Positions 18,153 through 26,592 of a DNA stretch of 64,000 bases are shown piece by piece. Every line of letters begins with the position of its first letter. The first letter of the stretch is position 1. The stretch covers positions 98,923 through 162,922 of the forward strand of contig JAZPXQ010000011.1 of NCBI GenBank assembly GCA_045543695.1. The letters run 5' to 3'. Under the pieces are notes generated by a model. The model was not told where the DNA came from and did no database searches. It saw nothing but the letters and a program-made list of their open reading frames with translations. The DNA is from Acutalibacteraceae bacterium (GTDB taxonomy: Bacteria; Bacillota; Clostridia; Oscillospirales; Acutalibacteraceae). Position numbers and translations under genes: made by a program.

Positions 18153-18977
18153 ATGTCTTGTTACATGACAGCCTACATTAACTGCTACAGGAAGTCCGGC
18201 AATATGTGTTGGGGCTGTTTCTATATTAACAGCAAGAGCTGTTATATCTCCACCAAAGCCCTGGGCACCTATGTCAAGCTTATTAATTTCTGTAAGGATT
18301 CTGTTTTCCAAATCCCTATAGAATTCATCAGTATTCCTCAAAGAAATATCCCGACAAAGGGCTTTTTTTGAAAGTAATGCTACGCCTTCAAAATCACTTC
18401 CTATGCCCACCCCTAAAACAACCGGAGGACAAGGATTTGCGTCTGCTGTTCTAACAACATTAACAACAAAATCCACTATATCATCAATACTTACAGATGG
18501 ATTAAACATTTTTATCTGACTCATATTTTCACTACCAAAGCCTTTAGGAGCAGCTATAAGCTTAATTTTATCACCGGGAACAAGTGAAAGATGAATCAGA
18601 GCCGGTGTATTATCATTAGTATTACCACGCCTTATAGGATCCTTTACAATTGAACAACGCATTTTCCCATCAAGGTATGCTTTACGAACACCATTGTTAA
18701 CTGCTGTATTAAAATCCCCGTCTACAATATGTACCTCCTGACCTATTTCACAAAAAAGCACAGCCATTCCTGTATCCTGGCAAATAGGAATACCAAGCTC
18801 CTTTGCAGCATCAAGATTTTTACACATATCATTAAAAATCCCTTTAGCTATTGGGTTACTTTCCTCTTTTTCACAATTACGTATTCTATTCTCCAAAGAC
18901 GCAGAAAGCTTACCGTTTGCTTCTAGAAAAAGCTTTTCAACAGCAGCTTCTATCAAAGCTGCACTTATTTCTCTCAT
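18135..18977 (-). CDS. Fe-S hydro-lyase alpha subunit (class I fumarate hydratase / tartrate dehydratase alpha type)
   Basis: The CQDTGMAV motif and the 280-aa length are typical of a split alpha subunit. Confidence 0.8.
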   Translation of the reverse strand: MREISAALIEAAVEKLFLEANGKLSASLENRIRNCEKEESNPIAKGIFNDMCKNLDAAKELGIPICQDTGMAVLFCEIGQEVHIVDGDFNTAVNNGVRKAYLDGKMRCSIVKDPIRRGNTNDNTPALIHLSLVPGDKIKLIAAPKGFGSENMSQIKMFNPSVSIDDIVDFVVNVVRTADANPCPPVVLGVGIGSDFEGVALLSKKALCRDISLRNTDEFYRDLENRILTEINKLDIGAQGFGGDITALAVNIETAPTHIAGLPVAVNVGCHVTRHKELVL

Positions 18978-19044
18978 TGCTTCACATCCTATATGACAAA
19001 AATGAAAAAATTCATTTAAATATTTTTTATTATTATAAATATTT

Positions 19045-19076
19045 AAACCGTGCCGATTGACTCAGCACGGTTTTTA
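19045..19076. terminator. Hairpin terminator downstream of the S1-domain gene
   Basis: AAACCGTGC ... GCACGGTTT stem with T-rich flanks on both strands. Confidence 0.6.
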
Positions 19077-19077
19077 T

Positions 19078-19542
19078 TTAACCTCTGGAATTGCCACCAC
19101 GACGAGGTGTGGAAGCACCACGTTTTGCAACATTATTCTTTTTAAGGTCACTCATTTTTTCGTCACTAACACTTTTGAACTTTGCCATCATATCTTCAAA
19201 AGACATATTTTCAGGCTCAGAACGCTGTGTACCTGTCCAAACAGGTGGTTGACTTCTTTTAGGTCTATCACCGGCAGGGCGCTTAGGTCTGGATTCTTCA
19301 GCTTGTTCAGGCTGAGCTTTCTTTATTGAAAGCGCCACCTTCCCTTTCTCATTAATGTCAATAACTTTAACCTTAACAACATCGCCTTCAGAAAGTTTTT
19401 CGTGAATATCTTTTATAAAAGATGATGAAACCTCTGAAATATGTACCATACCTGTTGTTTTATCGGGAAGCTCTACAAAAGCTCCGAAATTGGTAATACC
19501 TGTAATTTTTCCTTCAAGAATCGCGCCGATTTCCACTGCCAT
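19078..19542 (-). CDS. yabR: S1 RNA-binding domain protein (YabR-like)
   Basis: S1 motif GKITGITNFGAFVELPDKTTGMVHISEVS. Conserved yabP-yabQ-divIC-yabR gene order. Confidence 0.8.
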   Translation of the reverse strand: MAVEIGAILEGKITGITNFGAFVELPDKTTGMVHISEVSSSFIKDIHEKLSEGDVVKVKVIDINEKGKVALSIKKAQPEQAEESRPKRPAGDRPKRSQPPVWTGTQRSEPENMSFEDMMAKFKSVSDEKMSDLKKNNVAKRGASTPRRGGNSRG

Positions 19543-19575
19543 ACTTTAACTTTACCCCTAATTATGTTTCTTTTG

Positions 19576-19884
19576 TTATTCTTCGGAGCCGGGTGTTATG
19601 TCAACATAGACTCTTTCGTCAGGCATAACATAACCCTTTTTCCTTGCATATTCTTCTGCAAGTTCTTTTTTATCTCCATTTTTAATGGCGGCTTTGACGG
19701 CTTTGTTGTCAGCAACCTGATCATCATAAACACGTTGTAGCTCTGCAAGCTGAGCTTCCTTGGCGTTTATTTCACTCTGTACTTTAACTAACCTTATTCC
19801 CATATAAAGCAATAGAACAAAACACAAAACAATAACCACGACGCTACGAGGACTGAGTTGGGTTTTCTTTTTCGCCTTCAGCAT
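19576..19884 (-). CDS. divIC: Septum formation initiator (DivIC/FtsB family)
   Basis: Short bitopic protein with a TM and a coiled coil. ATG 19884 lies 8 nt after AAAGGTGG. Position after yabQ fits. Confidence 0.7.
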   Translation of the reverse strand: MLKAKKKTQLSPRSVVVIVLCFVLLLYMGIRLVKVQSEINAKEAQLAELQRVYDDQVADNKAVKAAIKNGDKKELAEEYARKKGYVMPDERVYVDITPGSEE

Positions 19885-20425
19885 TAGCCTTACCACCTTT
19901 CCGAGATCCGACAGAACCTACACATAATATACCTAGTAAATTATACACATACATACGCCATTTTGGCAAGACCTTTTTGCTAATTTTTTGTAAGTTTTTT
20001 TTATTTTTTTCAGAAATAAATTGTAATTTACTAAAAACACTTTTCAAAAAAAGCTTCACAAGGCGAAAAGGGAAGGAAATTATTTTAAAAACAAAACTAT
20101 AAATACGTTTCAGAAGATCAACGAAACGATTTGTAAGCTTCATTACAACAATACCTAAAGAGAAATAATAAAAAACAGCTCCCAGAAGCTCTCCTATAAT
20201 TATATAAGAACGCACTTCACCCTTGTTGGATGCAATAATAAATATATAACTAAAAAACGCAACCAGAAAAAAATATAATAAATCGAAGAAAACAACTACC
20301 AATTTTCCTTGTAAAAAAGCCATTCGGACAGCTCTGAATACATCGTATAAAACACCAAAAAGAAAACCTACTCCTAAAGACGCAAGAAAAATCAGCATTT
20401 GCTCATTTGGGTGAACAGTATACAT
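19844..20425 (-). CDS. yabQ: Spore cortex biosynthesis protein YabQ
   Basis: Polytopic small membrane protein directly after yabP, with overlapping stop and start. Confidence 0.7.
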   Translation of the reverse strand: MYTVHPNEQMLIFLASLGVGFLFGVLYDVFRAVRMAFLQGKLVVVFFDLLYFFLVAFFSYIFIIASNKGEVRSYIIIGELLGAVFYYFSLGIVVMKLTNRFVDLLKRIYSFVFKIISFPFRLVKLFLKSVFSKLQFISEKNKKNLQKISKKVLPKWRMYVYNLLGILCVGSVGSRKGGKANAEGEKENPTQSS

Positions 20426-20706
20426 TATCTAAATACTCTTGATAAAAAGCTACCGGATTTATCAATTACATCTGCATAAGAAAGCGCATTAATTCGCCCC
20501 TCTATACATAGCTCCCCTATTTCAAGAGAGAGCTTAGTTATATGTAATTTTTCGCCCTTTACTGTCAGCTCACCATATTCTGTTTGTGCGACAATAGTTT
20601 CCTCGTCAAAGCTTCCGACATCTTTAACCCCCGAAACCGAAAGCTTTTTCCTGTCTTCAAGAATACAATTGTGTGGCAAAATTCCTGTTCTTTTTTCTTC
20701 TGTCAT
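20425..20706 (-). CDS. yabP: Sporulation protein YabP
   Basis: 93 aa. LSVSGVKDVGSFDEETIV...GELTVKGEKLHI matches the YabP family. Confidence 0.85.
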   Translation of the reverse strand: MTEEKRTGILPHNCILEDRKKLSVSGVKDVGSFDEETIVAQTEYGELTVKGEKLHITKLSLEIGELCIEGRINALSYADVIDKSGSFLSRVFR

Positions 20707-20773
20707 AATAAAACACCTCCGCTATACAATATATGTACAAAACGGAGATGTTATGATTGTTATTAATTATATA

Positions 20774-21271
20774 TTACCATTTATAATTATGGAGCTGACC
20801 TTTGTTCTGTAATTCAGGGTAACCCATCTGCCTTAAAGCCTCATAAACACCGATTGCAACAGAATTTGAAAGGTTAAGGCTTCTTGCATCATCAACCATC
20901 GGGATTCTTACGCATTCATCAGGATGCTTCAATAAAAGCTCCTCAGGAAGACCTTTTGTTTCCTTGCCGAAGAATAAAAATGATTTATCTGTATACTGCA
21001 CATCGGAGTGAGTTTTTCTGGCTTTTGTGGTGAAAAAGAAAAAATTACCATCATAGTTTTTCACAAAAAATTCATCAAGATTTTCATAATAAGTCAAATC
21101 AAGCAAATGCCAATAATCAAGACCTGCTCTTTTTAATTTTTTGTCATCAATAGTAAAGCCCATAGGTTTAATAATATGTAATCTGGCACCTGTTGCAGCG
21201 CAGGTTCTTGCAATATTACCTGTATTTTGAGGAATTTCGGGCTCCACCAAAACAATGTTAAGCTCACTCAT
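20774..21271 (-). CDS. trmL: tRNA (cytidine/uridine-2'-O)-methyltransferase TrmL (SpoU family)
   Basis: LNIVLVEPEIPQNTGNIARTCAATG and the C-terminal SLNLSNSVAI knot motif. 165 aa. Confidence 0.85.
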   Translation of the reverse strand: MSELNIVLVEPEIPQNTGNIARTCAATGARLHIIKPMGFTIDDKKLKRAGLDYWHLLDLTYYENLDEFFVKNYDGNFFFFTTKARKTHSDVQYTDKSFLFFGKETKGLPEELLLKHPDECVRIPMVDDARSLNLSNSVAIGVYEALRQMGYPELQNKGQLHNYKW

Positions 21272-21273
21272 AT

Positions 21274-22122
21274 TTATATTTTTCCTAATTCCTTAATATA
21301 GAAAGGAATACCTCTTTCAAAGTCTACTCCATAGGTAATGGGATTCTCCATTGACTGTGTACGTTTTATACAATCGCAAACATATCTGGCAGCAATTCCC
21401 ATTGCGTTGTAATAAGAAATACCATTAAGAACTGCACCACAGAATGCACTAGCGAAAACATCGCCCGTTCCGTGATACATTCCCGGAAGACGATCCTGGA
21501 AATAATAACGAACAGCTCTGTCCTGACCCATATATGCAGCACCCAGCTTACTTTCCTCAAAGGTAACACCTGTAAGGACTACATTTTTTGCACCCATATC
21601 CAGCAGCTTATTAAGAAGAGATACAATATATTCTTCTGTATGTATGCCTGAAACAAATTCGGTACCTGTCATAAAACAAGCTTCTGTAATATTAGGAAGA
21701 ATAATATCTGCTTTTGAACAAAGCGCTGCCATTGCTTCAGCAAATTTCTCATCAAAAATTGCATACATTTTTCCGTGATCTGCCATACAAGGATCTGCAA
21801 TAAAAAGATTGTCTTCTCTTTTAAAATCCTCTGCAAATTTTTTCACAATATCAATCTGGTCAAAAGAGCCTAAAAAGCCTGAATAAATTGCGTCCGGCTT
21901 TAAATCAATTGATTTCCAGTGTGCAGAAATATCAGGCATATCGCAAGTGAGATCACGATATGTATAGCCTGTAAAACCACCTGTATGAGTTGACAAAACA
22001 GCTGTTGGCATACATATAGTTTCTACACCTGCAGCCGAAATTATGGGTAATGCAACTGTTAAAGAGCATTTTCCGAAACCGGAAATATCGTTTATGGCAA
22101 CAAGTCTTTTTTGATTTTCCAT
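21274..22122 (-). CDS. pdxK: Pyridoxal/pyridoxamine kinase
   Basis: VAINDISGFGKCSLTVALPI and the GTGDVFAS ribokinase-type motif. ATG 22122 follows AGAAGGA. Confidence 0.8.
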   Translation of the reverse strand: MENQKRLVAINDISGFGKCSLTVALPIISAAGVETICMPTAVLSTHTGGFTGYTYRDLTCDMPDISAHWKSIDLKPDAIYSGFLGSFDQIDIVKKFAEDFKREDNLFIADPCMADHGKMYAIFDEKFAEAMAALCSKADIILPNITEACFMTGTEFVSGIHTEEYIVSLLNKLLDMGAKNVVLTGVTFEESKLGAAYMGQDRAVRYYFQDRLPGMYHGTGDVFASAFCGAVLNGISYYNAMGIAARYVCDCIKRTQSMENPITYGVDFERGIPFYIKELGKI

Positions 22123-22252
22123 TTTTATCCTTCTTTCTATTGCCAAACTAATATATTGTAAATTTTATCACTTCCATTTATTTTTATCAATACTTTGCGA
22201 CTACTTTTTTGTTTTAAGGGAAAACTTTTAAAAACAAACAGGAGGTGTTTTT

Positions 22253-22444
22253 ATGATGTTAATGGGTTCTGATAAAACTATGAAAATTGGTGGCGCTTTA
22301 ATGGCAATGGGTGTTGCAGCAGCAGTTACAGCAGGCGTTGTTAATTCCAAAAACAGTACAAAAAGAAAAATGAAAAAAATTGCTAAAAAAAGCGTAAAAA
22401 CAATGGATAACATTTTAGACAATGTTCAGTATATGTTCAAATAA
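22253..22444 (+). CDS. Small hypothetical protein (63 aa: one hydrophobic helix and a basic tail)
   Basis: Strong SD AGGAGGTG lies 7 nt upstream of the ATG. The antisense ORF 22228-22422 has no SD. Confidence 0.5.
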   Translation: MMLMGSDKTMKIGGALMAMGVAAAVTAGVVNSKNSTKRKMKKIAKKSVKTMDNILDNVQYMFK

Positions 22445-22487
22445 AACCGAGGGGGATACCTCCCCCTCCTACAAAGGAAGCGATGCT

Positions 22488-23507
22488 ATGAAAAAAACAA
22501 TTTCGTTTTTACTTATCATAACTATATTATGTGTTTTTTGCAGCTGTGGCAAAAATGAATTAAACGGTACCACATCATTCTCTACAGAAGCAAAAACATC
22601 CGAAGCAACCGAAAAAGAGGAAAGCACATCCGAAACAGAAGGCGAAAGTCAAACCGAAAGTGCCCCTACACCTGAGCCTATGGATAAAATAAAAAACAAC
22701 GGGAAGGTGATTCACGGAAAAAACACGGGCACAAATAAAACATATACGGGTTTAGAGCCTTTACCCAAAGTTAACCTTCCTGTTGTTGACCCAGATAATT
22801 TAAAGGGTCTTTCAACCACAACTCACAACCATAGCTTCGGTGTATCAAAAAACGAAATCGCTCACGATATTTCTGTTAATAATCAAAAATTTTACGAAAA
22901 TTATAATGGTATATGCCTTGATACAAGTGGCGAAAAAGTAATTTATCTGACATTTGACTGTGGTTATGAGAATGGTTGTACAAAAAAAATACTTGATACC
23001 TTAAAAGAGAAAAAAGTTCCTGCAGCATTTTTTGTAACCCTGCCAAATGTCAAAGAAAACCCTGAAATTATAGCACGAATGATAAAGGAAGGTCATATTG
23101 TGGGAAACCACTCTGACACCCATCCGAACTTTTCAAAAATTAATCGTACTCAAATGGCAAAGGAAATAGAAACACTTGATAATTATTTAAGAGAGCATTT
23201 TGGTTATTCTGCTCCATACTTCCGTTTCCCCGAGGGTGCTTGTTCGGAAAACGCTTTGGAATTAGTACAAAGCATTGGTTATACATCTGTTTTCTGGTCA
23301 AGCGCCTATGCCGATTGGGATGTTAACAACCCCAAAGGGAAGCAATACGCCTTTGACACAGTAACAGCCCGACTGCACCCCGGTTGCGTACTGCTTCTTC
23401 ACGCTGTTTCAAAGGATAATGCCGATGCTTTAGGTGATATAATTGACTATGCAAAAGAGCAAGGGTATGAGTTTAAATCGTTGGAGCAAATAGCCCGTGG
23501 TAGCTAA
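22488..23507 (+). CDS. Polysaccharide deacetylase lipoprotein (PdaA-type delta-lactam-biosynthetic de-N-acetylase-like)
   Basis: Lipobox VFCSC after MKKTISFLLII. NodB motifs IYLTFDCGYENG and HSDTHP are present. ATG 22488 follows AAGGAAG. Confidence 0.75.
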   Translation: MKKTISFLLIITILCVFCSCGKNELNGTTSFSTEAKTSEATEKEESTSETEGESQTESAPTPEPMDKIKNNGKVIHGKNTGTNKTYTGLEPLPKVNLPVVDPDNLKGLSTTTHNHSFGVSKNEIAHDISVNNQKFYENYNGICLDTSGEKVIYLTFDCGYENGCTKKILDTLKEKKVPAAFFVTLPNVKENPEIIARMIKEGHIVGNHSDTHPNFSKINRTQMAKEIETLDNYLREHFGYSAPYFRFPEGACSENALELVQSIGYTSVFWSSAYADWDVNNPKGKQYAFDTVTARLHPGCVLLLHAVSKDNADALGDIIDYAKEQGYEFKSLEQIARGS

Positions 23508-23578
23508 ACCACTCGATATAAATCCTGACAGATTTTCGATATAGCTTACAAGTGAATTACAAGGGCACAAAAATGCAC

Positions 23579-23697
23579 CGAAATATAATATGTAAAAGTA
23601 TTGCGAAGCCTATCCCTCTTTTTTTACGAAGGTAAAAAAGGAGGGGGGGACTGCGTTAGCGGTGGGTGGTACATAATTAAACCACAAGTAAAAGTAT
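23579..23697 (+). repeat. Two-hairpin conserved element, copy A (partner at 50176-50297, inverted)
   Basis: Ordered blocks are shared with copy B: CGAAAT box, ATCCCT-hairpin-AGGGA, G-run+AC, a 5-bp hairpin with a GTTA loop, GGTGGGT, and GTAAAAGTAT. Both stems are maintained by compensatory changes. Confidence 0.6.
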
Positions 23698-23781
23698 AAG
23701 AGAATAAAGTTATTGTTCTTTTTGCCTTCCTTCAAAGGAAGGTGACACGGAAAATCTTGATTTTTCGTGACCAACAAAAGG

Positions 23782-23813
23782 GGCTGTAAAAAAACAAACG
23801 TTTTTTTACAGCC
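23782..23813 (-). terminator. Terminator of the ABC operon
   Basis: 14-bp stem GGCTGTAAAAAAAC / GTTTTTTTACAGCC, followed on the minus strand by CCTTTTGTT. Confidence 0.7.
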
Positions 23814-23822
23814 TCTTAAATT

Positions 23823-26582
23823 TTATTCAGTTCTTAAAGCTTCAACAGGGTCTTTCTTCGCTGCAATTCTTGAAGGAATAAGACCTGCGATAAGAGTGAG
23901 TGAAACGCTTATAACAACAAGTATTACAGCTGCAACAGGCGGAAGCGATGCCGCTGCAGGAATATGTGCAGCATATTTCAGCAACAGGTTAATGGGTATT
24001 TCTAAAAGCAGGGTTGTAAGAATACCTATTATACCTGCACCCAGACCTATAACTGCTGTTTCTGCATTGAAAACTCGTGCAATATCCTTCTTGGATGCAC
24101 CGATACTTCTGAGAATACCAATTTCCTTAGTTCTTTCCAGGACGGAAATATAGGTAATAATACCAATCATAACAGATGAAACCACAAGGGAAATTGCAAC
24201 GAAGCAAACAAGCACATAGGTAACAACATCAATAATTGTTGTCAGGCTGCTCATAAGCATACCGATATAGTCAGAAACCTTAATTTGTGCTTCCTCGTGA
24301 CCATCGGCAGTAACCTGCTCGTTATAATAGCTAATAAGCTCATTGAGCTGCTCCTTCGCTTCAAAGCTCTTTGGATAGAAGCAAATAATTGACGGTGTTT
24401 CGAAGGTTGAGTAACCAAGTTTATCCAATGTTCCTGAAAGAGAGCTTTTTGCAGTCATTGTATCAACATAAGCCTGTTTAATGGCAAGCACCTGGTCTTC
24501 TGTAAGGAAGCCCTCCATAAGCTTTTTCTGGAGCTCTGACATATTATCAAATCCGAACATTGCACCCATATCCATTAAATTAACTTCCGACATATCCATA
24601 CCCTCTGCCATAGACATAAAGGGTGTGTAGTCAAGATACTTAAAATCAATAAGACCTAAATCAACATCTTTAAGATCAAAGTCGTTAACTGTAAGGTGTG
24701 AAAACTCAAGTCCTGTAAGAACATCTTTGGTTGTGTCTGCCAGCTGTTCTTTAACAACCTCTCTTGTAGCAGTTTCTTCAATAGCGTAATCCATAAGGTC
24801 ACGCATATAGCCGATACCACCTGTACCTAATGAAAGGGTGTTGTTTTCATCGGGCTTTAAAATACCAACAATTTCAAGCTCTGTGCCCTCGTCCACCAAT
24901 TTCTTAACGAAATAGTCGTTAGCACTGTTATCGCTCCAAAGACCTGTTTTCTTATCTTTTACAAAATAATCAGCACTTAAAACAAGTTTGAATTTCATAT
25001 CAAGAATTTCATCGTAAGAATACTCGGTAATAGACTCATTCTCCAAGGATTCGCCACTTGCAAGAGCCTGCATAATATTCTTTGTAAATTCTTCCTGGTC
25101 TTTAAGTCCAAGGGCATAAACAACAAGCTCATTTATCATATTGTTTCCGTCAACAATAAGAACAACCTCATTGAATTTTTCGGGCATTTTACCGGCAATA
25201 ACATCATACTGGGCATCCATTAATTCATCGTCACCAATAAGCTCAATCCAGGCGTTAACAGGCATCATGCTTGTCATCTGGGATGCCATATCCCCCATAC
25301 CCTCCATACCTTCCATCATAGGCATATTTTCCATCATAGTACTGGGGTTAACCTTAATTAAACCATTTTCGGTATCTGCACGGTAAATATTCAGATCTGT
25401 GCTGTATTTATACTGAACATCATTACAGACCTTATCAAACTCTGCCTGATTATCTTCAATATATTTTTTGAAATTATCAAGGTTATTTGATGTAGATTCA
25501 GAAATAAATGCGTTTACCATCTGCATAAGAGATTCGTTAACGTAAACCTTGCCTTCTTCCTGATTTTCCAAGCCCTCAACCATTTCATTTGTAAGCCCCG
25601 TAAAGGAGGTCATAACACTTTCAAGGTCAAAGGTCTGCTTTTCAACTGTCATTGGGTAAGAAAGCAGCATATCCTCCTGAATACGGTCAATATACACCTG
25701 AATACCGTTTGAAAGAGCCAGAACCAATGCAATACCAATGATACCGATACTTCCTGCAAAGGCAGTTAAAAATGTTCTTGCGCTTTTTGTTCTCAGGTTA
25801 TTAATGCTCAAAGAAAAAGCCGAAGCAAAGGACATTGATTTTTTGCCCTTTTCCTTAGTATTTTCAAGTCTTACCTTTTCGTTTGCCTTATCTTTTGCAT
25901 CTGGCTCAAAGGGATTAGTATCGCTGATAACCTCACCATCAAGACACCTGATAATACGGTTTGAATAGGTTTCTGCAAGGTCAGGGTTATGGGTAACCAT
26001 AATTATAAGCTTATCTTTAGAAATTTCTTTAAGAAGCTCCATAATCTGAACACTTGTTTCTGTATCAAGAGCACCTGTAGGTTCATCAGCAAGAAGAATA
26101 TCCGGGTCATTTATAAGTGCACGGGCAATAGCAACCCTTTGCATCTGACCACCTGACATTTGAGTAGGCTTTTTGTGAATCTGATTTTCAAGACCAACCT
26201 TTTTCAATGCTTCAATTGCTCTTTTACGACGTTCCTTTTTTGAAACGCCCGAAAGAGTAAGAGCAAGCTCTACATTGGAAAGCACAGTCTGGTGCTGAAT
26301 CAAATTGTAGCTCTGGAACACAAAACCGATGGAGTGATTACGATAGGTGTCCCAATCACCATCGTTGAAATGTTTTGTAGATTTACCGTTTATCTGCAAA
26401 TCGCCGCTTGTGTATCTGTCAAGACCACCAATTATGTTAAGAAGCGTTGTTTTACCACAACCGGAGGGACCTAAAATTGCAACAAACTCACTCTCACGGA
26501 AATTAATGTCAATTCCCTTGAGGGCTCTTACAGTTGTGTCGCCCGTCACATAATCCTTAACTATATTTTTTAAAACTAACAT
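23823..26582 (-). CDS. Fused ABC transporter ATPase plus MacB/FtsX-type permease with a very large extracytoplasmic domain
   Basis: The N-terminal ATPase has GPSGCGKTT, LSGGQMQR and LLADEPTGALD. TM1 is near aa 270-295. A roughly 500-aa outside domain follows, then a C-terminal FtsX 3-TM block (ERTKEIGILRSIGASKKDI). Confidence 0.9.
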   Translation of the reverse strand: MLVLKNIVKDYVTGDTTVRALKGIDINFRESEFVAILGPSGCGKTTLLNIIGGLDRYTSGDLQINGKSTKHFNDGDWDTYRNHSIGFVFQSYNLIQHQTVLSNVELALTLSGVSKKERRKRAIEALKKVGLENQIHKKPTQMSGGQMQRVAIARALINDPDILLADEPTGALDTETSVQIMELLKEISKDKLIIMVTHNPDLAETYSNRIIRCLDGEVISDTNPFEPDAKDKANEKVRLENTKEKGKKSMSFASAFSLSINNLRTKSARTFLTAFAGSIGIIGIALVLALSNGIQVYIDRIQEDMLLSYPMTVEKQTFDLESVMTSFTGLTNEMVEGLENQEEGKVYVNESLMQMVNAFISESTSNNLDNFKKYIEDNQAEFDKVCNDVQYKYSTDLNIYRADTENGLIKVNPSTMMENMPMMEGMEGMGDMASQMTSMMPVNAWIELIGDDELMDAQYDVIAGKMPEKFNEVVLIVDGNNMINELVVYALGLKDQEEFTKNIMQALASGESLENESITEYSYDEILDMKFKLVLSADYFVKDKKTGLWSDNSANDYFVKKLVDEGTELEIVGILKPDENNTLSLGTGGIGYMRDLMDYAIEETATREVVKEQLADTTKDVLTGLEFSHLTVNDFDLKDVDLGLIDFKYLDYTPFMSMAEGMDMSEVNLMDMGAMFGFDNMSELQKKLMEGFLTEDQVLAIKQAYVDTMTAKSSLSGTLDKLGYSTFETPSIICFYPKSFEAKEQLNELISYYNEQVTADGHEEAQIKVSDYIGMLMSSLTTIIDVVTYVLVCFVAISLVVSSVMIGIITYISVLERTKEIGILRSIGASKKDIARVFNAETAVIGLGAGIIGILTTLLLEIPINLLLKYAAHIPAAASLPPVAAVILVVISVSLTLIAGLIPSRIAAKKDPVEALRTE

Positions 26583-26592
26583 ACTAATTACC

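Noticed and set aside
23571-23598. dif-like XerCD site (…ATATAATATGTAAAAGT resembles the XerD arm TTATGTAAACT of Bacillus dif)
   Set aside because: Only about 8/11 and 6/11 matches in the two arms. There is no gene-orientation switch here that would mark a terminus. The aligned position in copy B lacks the ATGTAAA core.
23767-24153. 128-aa ORF on the plus strand
   Set aside because: It is antisense to the FtsX-domain coding region of the ABC gene, has a GTG start inside a hairpin, and has no SD.
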